The notes beneath the pieces are model-generated. The model did not search any database. It had not been told where the DNA came from and was given only the letters and a program-made list of their open reading frames with translations. A DNA stretch of 63,796 bases, counting the filler, from Hausera hauseri (Eukaryota), in the NCBI GenBank assembly GCA_046269625.1. It is 11 parts of 11 records of this genome, joined end to end, with 100 filler letters (N's around TTAATTAATTAA, not from the genome) between each part and the next. Parts side by side here need not be neighbours in the genome. Positions count along the whole stretch, not along the records: positions 49,904 to 54,014 come from JBJURY010754208.1; positions 54,115 to 59,398 come from JBJURY010290503.1; positions 59,499 to 63,796 come from JBJURY010649663.1; 8 more parts are not named here. The stretch is one strand, 5' to 3'. The translations under genes were made by a program, and so were the position numbers. Below, piece after piece: positions 50,209 to 61,870 of this stretch. Every line of letters starts with the position of its first letter. The stretch's first letter is position 1.

Positions 50209-52025
50209 ATGACTGCGCTATCTGATTTGATATGCTTTTATTTCCTCTTAGGCATGGGACACTGGGAAATATTGAGTTTACTTAATGAGGATGGCTATAT
50301 TATTAGTATGTCGACACTGCGCAGGTATCTTAAGTCCTTGGGGTTGTTCAGGCGAAAAGCCCACTCTGACCTGCTGGAAGTCGCTCTCTTCCTTCAGGAG
50401 CAATTAAACCAGCACGGGATGCTTCATGGTTACAGAATAATGCATCTGAAATGCATCCAGTCTGGCTTGGTGGTGTCACAAAGAACTGTCCGGCATCTGC
50501 TCAAAATCCTAGATCCCGAAGGAGTACAGCTGAGGCTACGGAATCGTCTGAGTCGACGTCTGTACAGAAACCCAGGTCCCAACTTCATGTGGCATGTCGA
50601 TTCATATGACAAACTAAAACCATATGGAATCTGTATCAATGGGGCTGTTGATGGATTTTTGTGTATGGTCATGTGGCTACATGCTTACAGCACAAGTAGC
50701 AATCGCCGGGTTATTGCTGGGTACTTCATTGATGAAGTGGAAAACAGGATCGGCACTCCCACGCGCATCAGGTCAGACCTGGGTACGGAGAACTGTTCAG
50801 TGGAGCAGATGCAGATATTTTTACGAAGTAACCATGGAGACAAATTTTCTCAGAGATGCTACATTACTGGCTCAAGTAATCACAACCAAAGGATTGAACA
50901 GTGGTGGGGATTTTTAAGAAAACAACATGCACAATATTGGATCAATGCCTTTCACGATTTAAAGGACCTGGACCATTTTACAGGGGATTTCCTTGATAAA
51001 AGTTTAATCCAGTTCACCTGCCTGGAAATAATTGAGGTAAACTAAGTCATGCTTTTTGTTTGAAAACATGTTGGATTGGTTCAGTAGCTAATAAATTGCT
51101 AACTTCATTCAATTCAATAAATTAGCAGTGTAGTATTCATTATACACTGCTGTATTGGATTCTTTAACAATCATTCCTTTCCATACCCTGTATATATTTC
51201 TGACATAATTCCAAGGGCACAATCAGCTGTGCATTTATTTAAATTAAAAATATGCATTCCTAAAATCATCTAAAGCTAAAATCAGACTTAGCAGTTAGAC
51301 TTATATAAGAGTAGCTGTCTTCTAAAAATGCAGAAAACGTGTTTACGTCACGCTCAACGGATTTATTCTGAAATGCCACCTACTGACATGTTTGAGTATC
51401 GCCCAGCCACAGTACAAAAAAGTAACACTAAAATTTGTCTATCTTTTAAGTAATTTTGTTTATTGTAGTATAAAGTGGTACCACAACTAACTGTGTTATT
51501 CTGACTTTTTTTTTTACATGTATTTATGCCATTTCAATTATCTTTATTAATATTTTTAAATGTAAACTTGTCAGAAAAAAAAACTGAAGAAATGTTGCAG
51601 TTAATTTATCAGTGTTTCTTTGCAACCTCTACAGAAAAATAAATATAAATGGTATAAACACACAATAATCACTGTAAATTAATTTATTTGTTTTCCAGAG
51701 GGAGCTGCAGCAAGTTGCTCATTTGTGGAACTGCCACAGAATTCGTGCTACCAGGAATGCTGTTTCCCCAAGTGGACGACCATTGATTCTGTACAGCTTT
51801 CCCCACCTTTTGGGCACTGAAAACTACCTCAAGACAGTATCTCATCAAAAAATACAAGCTTGTAGAGAGGAATGCCTACCGAGAGGCCCACATCCATGTG
51901 ATGAAACTGTTTTTGACATTTGTTGCCTGGCAATGTCAGAAAACTATCTACACCCACCTAATACCCCAGAAGAAGCAATTGAGCTTTACCTGTTTTTACG
52001 AGCCTACATCAGAACTCAACTGTAA
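50209..52025 (+). CDS. Spliced DDE integrase-core transposase (IS3EU-like), exons 50209-51036 and 51699-52025, 384 aa
   Basis: N-terminal HTH (ISMSTLRR.L), GYR.M, GPNFMWHVDSYDKL, IRSDLGTEN, NQRIEQWW and WNCHRI. The phase-0 GTAAAC...TTCCAG intron joins the two ORFs in frame. Confidence 0.88.
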
Positions 52026-52630
52026 GGAGTAGACTATTGCTGCTGTAACACGGGTATTTTGTTGAAGAGCAGCCTATCTACAGAACTTATAAGGCCAGTG
52101 GCATACTTTATGTTTGTCACATGGATGCCTTTTTGTCTATTTTGAAATGTTTCAAATTAACATTCCTCAGTGCACACAGAATATTTGACTCTAGGCTTCA
52201 CATCTTGCCAAGCAGATATGAAAAATGGTAATAACTCACAAATTTTAACACATTTATGTGTTTTACAGAGTACTCATTATGTTTACAAAATACATATTCT
52301 GTTTTGTACAAAGGTTTTTTTTTAATTAATTGTTCTGTAATCAATGTGTGCAAATGGTGAATGACAGGTTAGCATTTGTATTGCATCTGTTCCATAATTT
52401 GTGCTGAAAGTAGTCTAACGGTAAAGATGCTCTTATCATTTTCATGTACAGCATCCTGTCTGAGGGCTGCTACATTTCAACACAATGGTGTTTTTATGTG
52501 TGTGTGTGTGTGTGTCTGTGTATGATTCCTTTTTAAAATCAGGTCCTTCTGTGAGTTATTTAGGTGCACCGTTTTAAAAGGTTTTGAGCTCTTTTTTTTC
52601 CTTTTTGTGTTTTGTATTGTGGGTTTTAAT

Positions 52631-52867
52631 GGTTCTCTCTGGGTACTCCGGCCTCCTCCCACACACTAAAAACATGACTGTTAGGTTAATTGGCAATTCT
52701 AAATTGTCCTTAGGTGTGAGTGAGAGTGAATGGTGGTTTGTCTCGTTTGTCTCTGTGTGGCCCTTTGATGGACTTGCCCTGCCCCTCGCACTGTGAAAGC
52801 TGGATATGTGCAGCAGTGACTCCCGTCATCCTGAAAGAAAGAAATGGGTATAGAAAATGAAGGGATG
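52631..52867 (+). repeat. V-SINE-type fish SINE fragment
   Basis: GGGTACTCCGG.CTCCTCCCACA..AAAAACATG..AGGTTAATTGG..TCTAAATTGTCC.TAGGTGTGAGTG core with a TAGAAAATG..GGATG tail. Confidence 0.8.
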
Positions 52868-54116
52868 TATATTATATAAAGTGGTATTAATTTTCTATTA
52901 CATTTTAAAGCCTCCTTTTATTACATTATGGTGGTGTAACATCCATTTAACTGGTGCCCAGCACTTTTACAACACTAATGGGAAATTAATGTTAAAGATT
53001 ACATGTAACAGAAAACATGTTTTGCAATTTCACCAAAAAACAAATGTGAAAATTAATATACACCATCACTAAGCCTGTGCTTCAGTTAAAAAGTAAAAAC
53101 AAAAAGTTGTTTTAAGTTTGTGTCATTGATTCAGTCTATTTTGAATGGAAATACTGACATCTAATCCTAAAGTGAAACACACACAAGCTCCAATAAAGAA
53201 CAAATTTATTAAATGGTAGAAGTCAGCAAACATACAAGTGCAAGTGCATGACAACTGCACTGTTTTCTTTCAAAAATGGAATACAGTACATCAAAACTGT
53301 GACAGGTCAATAACAGTATTGGTCCCATCCCCAAGAACATGTATAAAAACATGTATGCAAATTGTCTTTGCTCATACACTGAATTAAAAAAAAAGTAGGT
53401 AAATGAGGTCAATATTTCAAACAAGGAGCTTTTTTGGAAGCACCATTTTGAGTTCAAAGTTAACAAATGAATCCAGCGCTTAAGTGATAAGGTGTGAGGG
53501 GCTTATCCTATAACTTTGTAATCAACCCCTCAAAAAATGCCAGAACAGAAAAATAAACTTGGAAATGAATTTGAATTATTCTTGCAAAAACCCCTTTACT
53601 GTTACTAGTTTACGTACTCTTTCTGAAACTGAATACACCAAATCTGTGACATAATTACACAGCCAAAAAAAACAAAGAAACAAAGAAACAAACAAAAAAA
53701 AACAAGCAAAAAAAGACTGATGGGGCAGGCCAAGAAAATAGTATTGATCCCATCCACAAGAAAATTTCAAGACATCTGTATGCAAGATTTATTTTACTCA
53801 TAAACTCGAATATGGTATTTGAAATGTGAAACCTTGACATTTTGGAACAATTATTTTAAGTTGAAAATGAACTGAATAATTCAATGCTGTTACTCAGCTC
53901 TCAAATGACAAGGAATGAGGGGCCAGCCCCATACCCTGTCAACACAGCAAGAATACAAACTTCATAAGAACATTAAATCATCAATGTTTCAAACACATTC
54001 TGTTAACAAGTAGANNNNNNNNNNNNNNNNNNNNNNNNNNNNNNNNNNNNNNNNNNNNTTAATTAATTAANNNNNNNNNNNNNNNNNNNNNNNNNNNNNN
54101 NNNNNNNNNNNNNNAT

Positions 54117-54668
54117 GGATTCAGTTTCAGTATAAAGCCATGTCAATGCGTACTGAAATATCCAGAATATACAATAATTCTATTCATGAATAGAAATTGT
54201 CGCGTCATGGGATGCAAGAAATCATTTGATACTACTGTATTACCTCTGAATATTATTATCGAAATAATGCGGTCAGCCTCAGTCACTACTGATATCAAAC
54301 AATCAATTAATCTATACGGTTTATCACAGAATGTACCATGCTTTTATGGGCCTAAAATATTCCTAGCACTTCGACCAACTAATTTTGATCCATTATGTGT
54401 CAATGTTTCCCACACAGGTAGAGTTGTAATCACAGGTTTGAAAACCTTGGAATATAATGATATGGCTAAAAATGTACTAGGAAATGTATTATTATTTGTA
54501 TACTTTGCATTTTCATTTTATTTTCACGTAAAAACTGAATTACTTTGTAATACTTTTGTTGATGAAATTAATGAAACTTCCAGAAAAACACCACATATAA
54601 AATATGAATATTTATTGCATTACCACATATATTCAGTATCCACATTCCGTTATATGAAATTTTGTTAA
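54117..54668 (+). pseudogene. TBP-like protein copy 1 (5' end cut by the contig edge; degenerate motifs; reads past the position of the copy-2 stop)
   Basis: The frame is open from 54117 (GFSFSIKPCQCVLKYPEY...). Gap-free alignment to copy 2 gives 59/126 identities by hand; motifs FYGPKIFLAL and VSHTGRVVITGLK. Confidence 0.75.
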
Positions 54669-55793
54669 ACCTTGACATAATTCATCCATAACTTTTATGT
54701 TGATTGAAAGAGAAATGAGCATTGTCATTATCTTAAAATATTTTCTGTATGCACGGTATTTGATTAGTTCAGGTACTTCATATTCCGAAGTAGCTATTTC
54801 ATACCCATTCATTTCAATGAAATTAACTTTCATTTTCTTAACAGTTTCCTAAAATATTTGCAAATTCATTTAATTTAATTAAATACATAAATTTGAGCAG
54901 CGCAATGTGTGTCGACTGAATGATTACCATAGGCAAAAGACATTTTAGAAACACTAACAAAATTATTGTAGTGTGAAATACACTGTTCATAATACCTTAT
55001 GTGACATTTTCGGGATAAAAAAATAAGCACGAATTCACCCAGTACGGGATAAGTACTAATTTCGGATTTTATACTAATTTCGGATATAATATAATAACCG
55101 ATTCACTCTATGGGTGATAAAAGTTAAGTACCGATTCATCAATTCGTAAAATTCACTTTTGTTTAAACGCATAAATTTAAAAGGAGGGTATATGCTTTTG
55201 TTCCAGAACTTCCATTTTTCCTCTACTATCAATTTTCTTTATAACAAGTAAGCAAAAACATTTATTAACGCACAAAACGTGATAGAAATATAATAAGTGC
55301 CCCTGTAAGAATACTACATGCAAGCAATACATTTCTCTGTCTTCCTTCACGTTCATGTTTAATGTCTCTTAGACATATTGTTCGGACTACAAGTTCTATG
55401 TATTCTTACTCTGTTATGAGCTGATACCGTTCTAATGCTATGGGGAATTGAATACAATCAATTTTCCATCACATATCTCATTTGTAAGTTGTTTAATTTC
55501 AGTTTCTAAGTCCATTTTTTAAAACTATGTATTTAACGTTTTGTTTATCAAAAAGTGAAGAATAACAATAACAAGATTTGTTAACAGAACATTTAACAGC
55601 ACTTAATTTCAATAATTTTCCAAGTGGGTTGAATTTCCCCGTCTTTTTCTTTTAATCCTCGGATATATTTTAATGTAAGCTATTGTATATTGGTATAAAT
55701 CCATTGTCTTTATATTACAGCCCATTAAATCTTTGAATTTTACGGCGTCTGATCGAAAATGATACTGTATCTCATCATTTAACTTTTTAGGGC

Positions 55794-56253
55794 TTATTTC
55801 AAGTGCCTGTAATTCTGAAGACAGTTTGCTGTAGTTATTATCCCTAATACCTTTAACATAGTATCCAATCTAAGTATGTCGAATACGTACTGGATCTGTA
55901 GTTGAATTGTTCTCTTACATTTTAGAAAACTCATTTTGTATCCAATATAGGTTCTTGGAGCTCCCATTTGTGCCATATTTGCTTGGGCAATCTTTAACTC
56001 TAGGCTTTTGAACAATTGGTGGGATGTCATGGGCTTCACACCTACCATTCTGATCCCATCATCGCCATAAGGATATGTAATATCCAATTGCTTTTTCAAC
56101 TTTCTCATATATTCGATCAGATATTCAGTCTTTCTCTTACAGTTTGAAAAGCTCAGCACTTCATCAATAGCTCGACCAAGTGACAAATCAGAATTTTCAA
56201 TGTTGCAATTCTAAAAATAGATAAAGACAGGAAAAGCAGAAAAAACTTACCAT
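55794..56253 (-). CDS. Unknown 139-aa protein; ATG-only first coding exon (56253-56251), 40-nt intron (56250-56211), exon 56210-55794
   Basis: ATG|GTAAGT...TTTTTAG|AATTGC is in frame with ORF 56186-55794. Confidence 0.6.
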
Positions 56254-56378
56254 TCGCCAAAAAGATTTTTGAAGTAATGAAACATATAACCATGCCAACG
56301 CGCACTGTCTTATGCCGATCAATCAGATTTGTCCAATTTGAATTTGACAAGTCAGTTGTACCTTTCATTTTTACAAAT

Positions 56379-56807
56379 ATGCTGAGCAACATCAACTACA
56401 AAGGTTTCACTACAGTTCCCTTGGATGAATTCAAATTTGGATTTAGATCTAAACAGTGTGTTTTACGATACCCTAAATATATGACTGTATTCTTCCCCAC
56501 TGGAAAATGCCGAATAATGGGATGTAAAAAGCCCATTGAGTCATGCAGTTTGCCTTACAATATACCACTTGAGGGAATCCAATCAAGTATAGTGACTTGT
56601 GATTTTGGCGAGCCAATAGATATAAACAGATTGGCTCAGAATAATCCAAGTCTCTATGAACCAAAATTATTTCCTGCCCTTAGATTGACTTGCTATAATC
56701 GTCTATGTGTAAATGTGTTTCATACCGGTAAAATAGTCATTACCGGTTGGAAAGATTTGAATTATAGTAATTTTGTTAGTTGTGTTTTGGATAATATATT
56801 ATTATAG
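56379..56807 (+). CDS. Miniature TBP-like protein copy 2 (142 aa from Met 56379), intronless and intact
   Basis: Two TBP half-repeats: LSNINY..VFFPTGKCRIMGCK and IQSSIVTCDFGEPIDINRLA..YEPKLFPAL..VNVFHTGKIVITGWK (compare TBP YEPELFPGL..IFVSGKVVLTGAK). Confidence 0.85.
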   Translation: MLSNINYKGFTTVPLDEFKFGFRSKQCVLRYPKYMTVFFPTGKCRIMGCKKPIESCSLPYNIPLEGIQSSIVTCDFGEPIDINRLAQNNPSLYEPKLFPALRLTCYNRLCVNVFHTGKIVITGWKDLNYSNFVSCVLDNILL

Positions 56808-56952
56808 ACTTATTTCTCTTTTTCAGAAAAGCAACACGTGTGTATACAACAACTTTATTAACATGACAACAATAACAAACTATACGACATATACATGATC
56901 AATCCTGAATATCACCCTCCTCCTCTTCTTCTTCGATAATATCTATTTTAAT

Positions 56953-57135
56953 TTAGTTATCACCACATTCACTGTGTCGGCAATCTTCGCAGCAGTCCTC
57001 GAACAATTCAGTATCTTCAATCGGATCAGCTGCATCCAACTGAATACATGTATATTCTGTAACATCTTCTTCCAAGTACTCATCATCTTGTTTGCTCATA
57101 TCAATTATTGGTTTATTATCCATTATGTAGGTCAT
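56953..57135 (-). CDS. Small acidic Cys-containing ORF adjacent to the terminal repeat
   Basis: 60 aa, very D/E-rich, ATG start just inside the TIR boundary. Confidence 0.4.
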   Translation of the reverse strand: MTYIMDNKPIIDMSKQDDEYLEEDVTEYTCIQLDAADPIEDTELFEDCCEDCRHSECGDN

Positions 57136-57180
57136 GTTCTACATTTAACACTTGTTTATACACTAAAGTTAAATGCACGT

Positions 57181-58560
57181 TTGTTTTAATGCATCAATTA
57201 AATACATTGCGGCGCCAAATTCAAAATAGATTTTCGCCAAATTCAAATAGGTTTTTAACCTTGGGGAATTGAATGCCGTCATTAGATTCTTCGAATAATG
57301 CATGCTTGACCTAGTTTTCGAGTTAGAATAGCTAGGTATTCGACTTGTAAGCTTGAATTCGAATACCTGATGCCATATTCCAATTCAACATACATGACTT
57401 CCTATCCCGGCCCGATATTAGATTTATTGATTTCCGCTTCACTGGGCTTTAAATGCAGATTTTGCTTAATTCGAAATATTAATTTTGTGCCTATATAGTA
57501 CATTTTCATAGAATAAATTTTATGCACAGGGGGTTTTCGAATATGAGGAATCGATTCCCGCTTTTAGATTTTTCGAATAGTTCGATATTCGAGCGAAAAA
57601 ATATTCGAATTTCAAATATTCGACTCGAGATTCAAGATCGCCATAGTCGATTTCCTGTCTGTCTCCGCTCAATGTTATATCGAATTTTGCTACCTTAGGA
57701 CTTAAAAAACCTATGGGTTGTCTGGCCCAGTTGCACTTTGAATCGAAATTAATCAATAACTAATCGATAAATTTAAATTCTAACTTCACATTCATATACT
57801 ACACCATGTTTGTGTTCGAATGCACCCGGTCACATGTCCTAATCATCAATATTGGAAGTATCGGAAATCCGGTATTACTTGTTTTTGCACTGCATAGTAT
57901 ATATCAAGGTGCATCTCGATGTGCTCTGTCTTCCTGCACTTGACTCCATAAATCCTACGCTGAACAGTGACCAAAGTGTGAAAAGTGAAAAAGTGCCTTA
58001 GCAACCGCATCCAATAGAACACCTCACCCGAGTATTGCACTGATCGAAAGTACATCAAGTACTGCACCTACCAGTATGTGTCATATTGATATTATTGATT
58101 TGCAATTCATGACGGAAAGGCCTATGGGAAGTCTGGCCCACTTGGCAATTTTTCGAAAACCAATCAATATATTTAAATTGTAACTGCACATACACACAGT
58201 GCATGATGTGTGCTTCCGAATGCATCCTGTGCTGTGCCCAAATAATCAATATTAGGAATATCGGAAATTCGATATTATTGATTTTTGTACACTTGCACAT
58301 GTGCTGCACACCTGCACTGTGCACCAGTCGATGTGCACTGCTGTGCCCTATCGACTAGCACTTTGCCCCGATCGATTCGATCAATACTGCACTGTGCAGC
58401 GATCGATTTGTGAAAAGCGCAAAAGTGCCCTTAGCAACGGTACCTAGCGGCACCGTTGTTAGGCACTTTATGGATCGATAGTGCTGCATTTGCAATATCG
58501 ATTTATCGACGCGCACACCCACCCCGGGAGTTGGGCCAGAATTCCCATTTTCTCGCTACT
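57181..58560. repeat. About 1.4-kb Polinton-like terminal inverted repeat ending ...CTACT, with an internal ~400-bp duplication and hairpins
   Basis: The inner part is homologous to the pPolB-upstream DNA of C3 and C6, and the outer part to C6 32733-32854. 57817-58010 resembles 58217-58440. Confidence 0.75.
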
Positions 58561-58987
58561 TTTGTAAAATTTCTTTAGTTGATTGTTGTACTGTAAAAAA
58601 TACGATTTTCAAATTTATTCAAATCAATCAATAATCATGGCAACACTAATCGTCTAGGATTCATGACAGGTGATCTGCAATGGGGACAACTGAATAATCT
58701 ATCAGCACAATCCATACACAATGTATGACCACATTCGAGTACGCAATTGACCATTCGGTCTAAACATACAATGCAAATCTAAAATGAGAGTTATTGTGGA
58801 TATTCATCAGTAATTTACATTTGTTCTATCAGTTGTTTGTGGAGTCCTTTCCTCTTGTTCTGTATTGTTGTCAGATTGGTGTTGCCTATTGTAATATAAT
58901 TCGAATTCTGACCTTAGTTCTTTATTTGTACAAAATTGAATCGCTGTCTTGTTAAATTTGTTGACTTGATAAATATTTGCAGAATCC

Positions 58988-59398
58988 TTAATAAGTTGTC
59001 GTATCCATCTTCTTAACCGTGAAACATTTTCCTGAATTTAAATAATCAATTAAAATCAGCATCACGATATTTACCTTATTGCCTGTTGACATCCTCTGGA
59101 ATATCAAAGACAGTGTCGTATCTCCAGCATTGTTCTCATGATTTACATTTTTCGTTTCTGTAATAAGATCATCGACTAGGTCATCATACTCTAATTCTAT
59201 AGCAACCATTAAAGGGGAACTGTCATTCGCATTACACAATTGAATCAATTCAGATGCACATTTGGACTGCAAAATAAGATCACAAAATCTCATTTTATTA
59301 TCTTTAATCAATGCAGTTAATATTGATTCCCCATTTGCCATACATTTCCATTTTGGATTATGCATTTTCAAAATATCCGTAAAATATTCCACATCATT
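58988..59398 (-). CDS. Ankyrin-repeat protein fragment
   Basis: GESILTAL, DSSPLMVAI and VNHENNAGDTTLSL ankyrin motifs; 5' end at the contig edge. Confidence 0.7.
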   Translation of the reverse strand, partial: NDVEYFTDILKMHNPKWKCMANGESILTALIKDNKMRFCDLILQSKCASELIQLCNANDSSPLMVAIELEYDDLVDDLITETKNVNHENNAGDTTLSLIFQRMSTGNKVNIVMLILIDYLNSGKCFTVKKMDTTTY

Positions 59399-61733
59399 NN
59401 NNNNNNNNNNNNNNNNNNNNNNNNNNNNNNNNNNNNNNNNNNTTAATTAATTAANNNNNNNNNNNNNNNNNNNNNNNNNNNNNNNNNNNNNNNNNNNNTG
59501 GAGAAATACCTAAATCATTATATTTTTATTATTATTTATTTATTTGTTACGTTTTAACTGTGAAGTAATTCTTCCAGTAAGTTTTGAGCAGCCAACCCGG
59601 CTGAGGGAGGATGTGGTCCATGAGGATCCAGCCCAGCTGGGCCACATCTAACCCTCTCTTACCTACTTGGGAGGACCCCCCAAACCCCCCCTGCCACGTT
59701 ATGGTTATGATGACAATTAGTAGCAGCAAAGATGAGTATAATATTAGTACTTATGTGAGCGAAACATTGGCTATAAAATCAGAAAAAAGGTGGTAACTCA
59801 GAAGGTATAAGCAACATTTTAATTTGATAATCAGCCAGAAGCCATTTAATAAAGAGATTTTAGAGGCTTGCAGATTAAATTTGCACATTATGCATTCAAA
59901 TTATTTCTTGCCTGATCAAAAGCACAATAAACTACAATGACTTGCTCTTTTCCTGATTTAATTTTAACTTGATATATTTTTTTAATTTACATTTATCTCT
60001 AACAACGAAAACTTCTTAATTTTTTATTTTTATATGATACGATTCAACGGTCGACGTCTATCCTCATTCAGTTGGTGCTCAAGTGTTAAAAAATTAGAAT
60101 CATAAATAGATCTTTTACCAATCTGACAACAGTGTTAATTTAGTATTTTATTCACTCCGAATTCCATTGTTCCAGAAAATTGCTTTAGAATGATCAAGCT
60201 GTGCATATAATGTTGGGCTTAACAGTCAATGGTATTTCAGGCAGTCTGAATTCCGCTTGTCGTGGCTAAGAGTTGACTTCGTAAAGCTTTGCCAATTATC
60301 GATATTCAATCAAAACCGTCAGTAATCCACCACGTCAGGTCTCTCAACTTATCCAATCAACATACCCACATCCCTCAGCAGGAACGCTCCTTATTGGCTA
60401 CACTCATAATTGTAGAGTATATTGGAGTAACCGGAGCAGTTCTTTTATTTGTCATTAACCGATATGTTATGGGCATTAGTTGCGCTCGAATTCAGACGTT
60501 CATTCATTCGATTGTGTTACATCTGTTTTTTGCTGTCCGGGACGGAGTGAATCTTGATCGTATAACTTCGCTGTTCTAAATTTAAGTATGCAATCATCTA
60601 ATCTTTCTATGAACATTTGAGTTAACACTGTATGATCCATGGAACAACTCGTTATTAATTCTAAAAGAGATCTATTGACACTGCATAATTTATGAACAAA
60701 TTTCAGTATTAAACGAAATTTACTTTTGACAAAATTTTATTGAAAATGCAAATAAATACAATCAGTTAGCGGCTGTAAACTACTGTTACAGATGGGGTGG
60801 CCCTTACCGTCTCCCACTATAACAATATTAGTTTCAAATTAGATTGCTTTTTGAGCAGGTTAGGATTACTCGTTCTCGAGTAATCGGTTTATGCCTTAGA
60901 ATTTATTAATTTAAACTGTATTGCGGGTACTGCTTGTAGATCAAATCTCGTGTATCAATTTATAATCTCTAGTCTTATCTATACGAGTTTGAGTGGTATT
61001 TTATCCTTAATGTAGTACAAATCGTCTTTAAGAGACGATGGAAATCTATATAAATTTAAGTCGTAAAAATAACAATAACCTTTTTTAACACAACTAGCAG
61101 AATAACTTCGATCAACAGATTAATGTCAAAAGTCTTTTAGTAATGGAATATAACTGTAAACTGAATCAATTGAAATATCTGTTTGGTGCGATCCTAAGTC
61201 GCTAAATTTTCTTCTGAATTTTCTCTTTCAACATCTGATTATATAGTAGTAGCATAATATCAAAATCCATTAATTCTGCTTTATTTCCTTTTTTCTCATA
61301 ATTACGATCCATTAATTTTAGTTTTATTTCTCTTTCTCATATTGATACAATACGCGACAGTTTTATTATTTACAGATTGGTTTGTTTTGCCAATAATATT
61401 TACAATTTCCACATTTTGCAATTTTCAATAATATTTATATTTTCTGCGCAGCTGTCGCATTATTGAAAATCTATGCAGCTGTCGCATTATTGGGTTTTAT
61501 TACATTTCTCCCTGAGCGACATCTTCGGAGGAGCCTATTGCGTCAGAAGAGGTGGCGCCCAATGTCCTAGGTCGTTTTAACTGGTTCATTCTTTCGGGCA
61601 AGTCTGTTGCTGAATTTTGATGGTCTTGGTTGGTTACCGGGTTTGTCTCCAAGTTATAATTGTGGTAAGGTTTTATTCGGACAATGCGTGTATAGCTTCC
61701 GTCAAAGTAATACTTCAATTCTGCGGCCTCAGC

Positions 61734-61870
61734 CCGGCATACTGGACACGTTGTTTTTCCGTTGTCGAGTGTCCATTTCTCTAGACAGTCTCTCGATAAT
61801 ATTTATGACAGCAGTTATTGTTATCTAATATCACATATCCTTGCCTCAAATTTGCGTCACATACGGGGCA
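61734..61870 (-). pseudogene. RING-H2-like zinc finger split by a 2-nt frameshift near 61790
   Basis: CPVCDANLRQGYVILDNNNCCHKYYR/DCLEKWTLDNGKTTCPVCR. Confidence 0.85.

Noticed and set aside
56953-57135. LxCxE Rb-binding motif in the acidic ORF
   Set aside because: LFEDCCED does not match LxCxE spacing.
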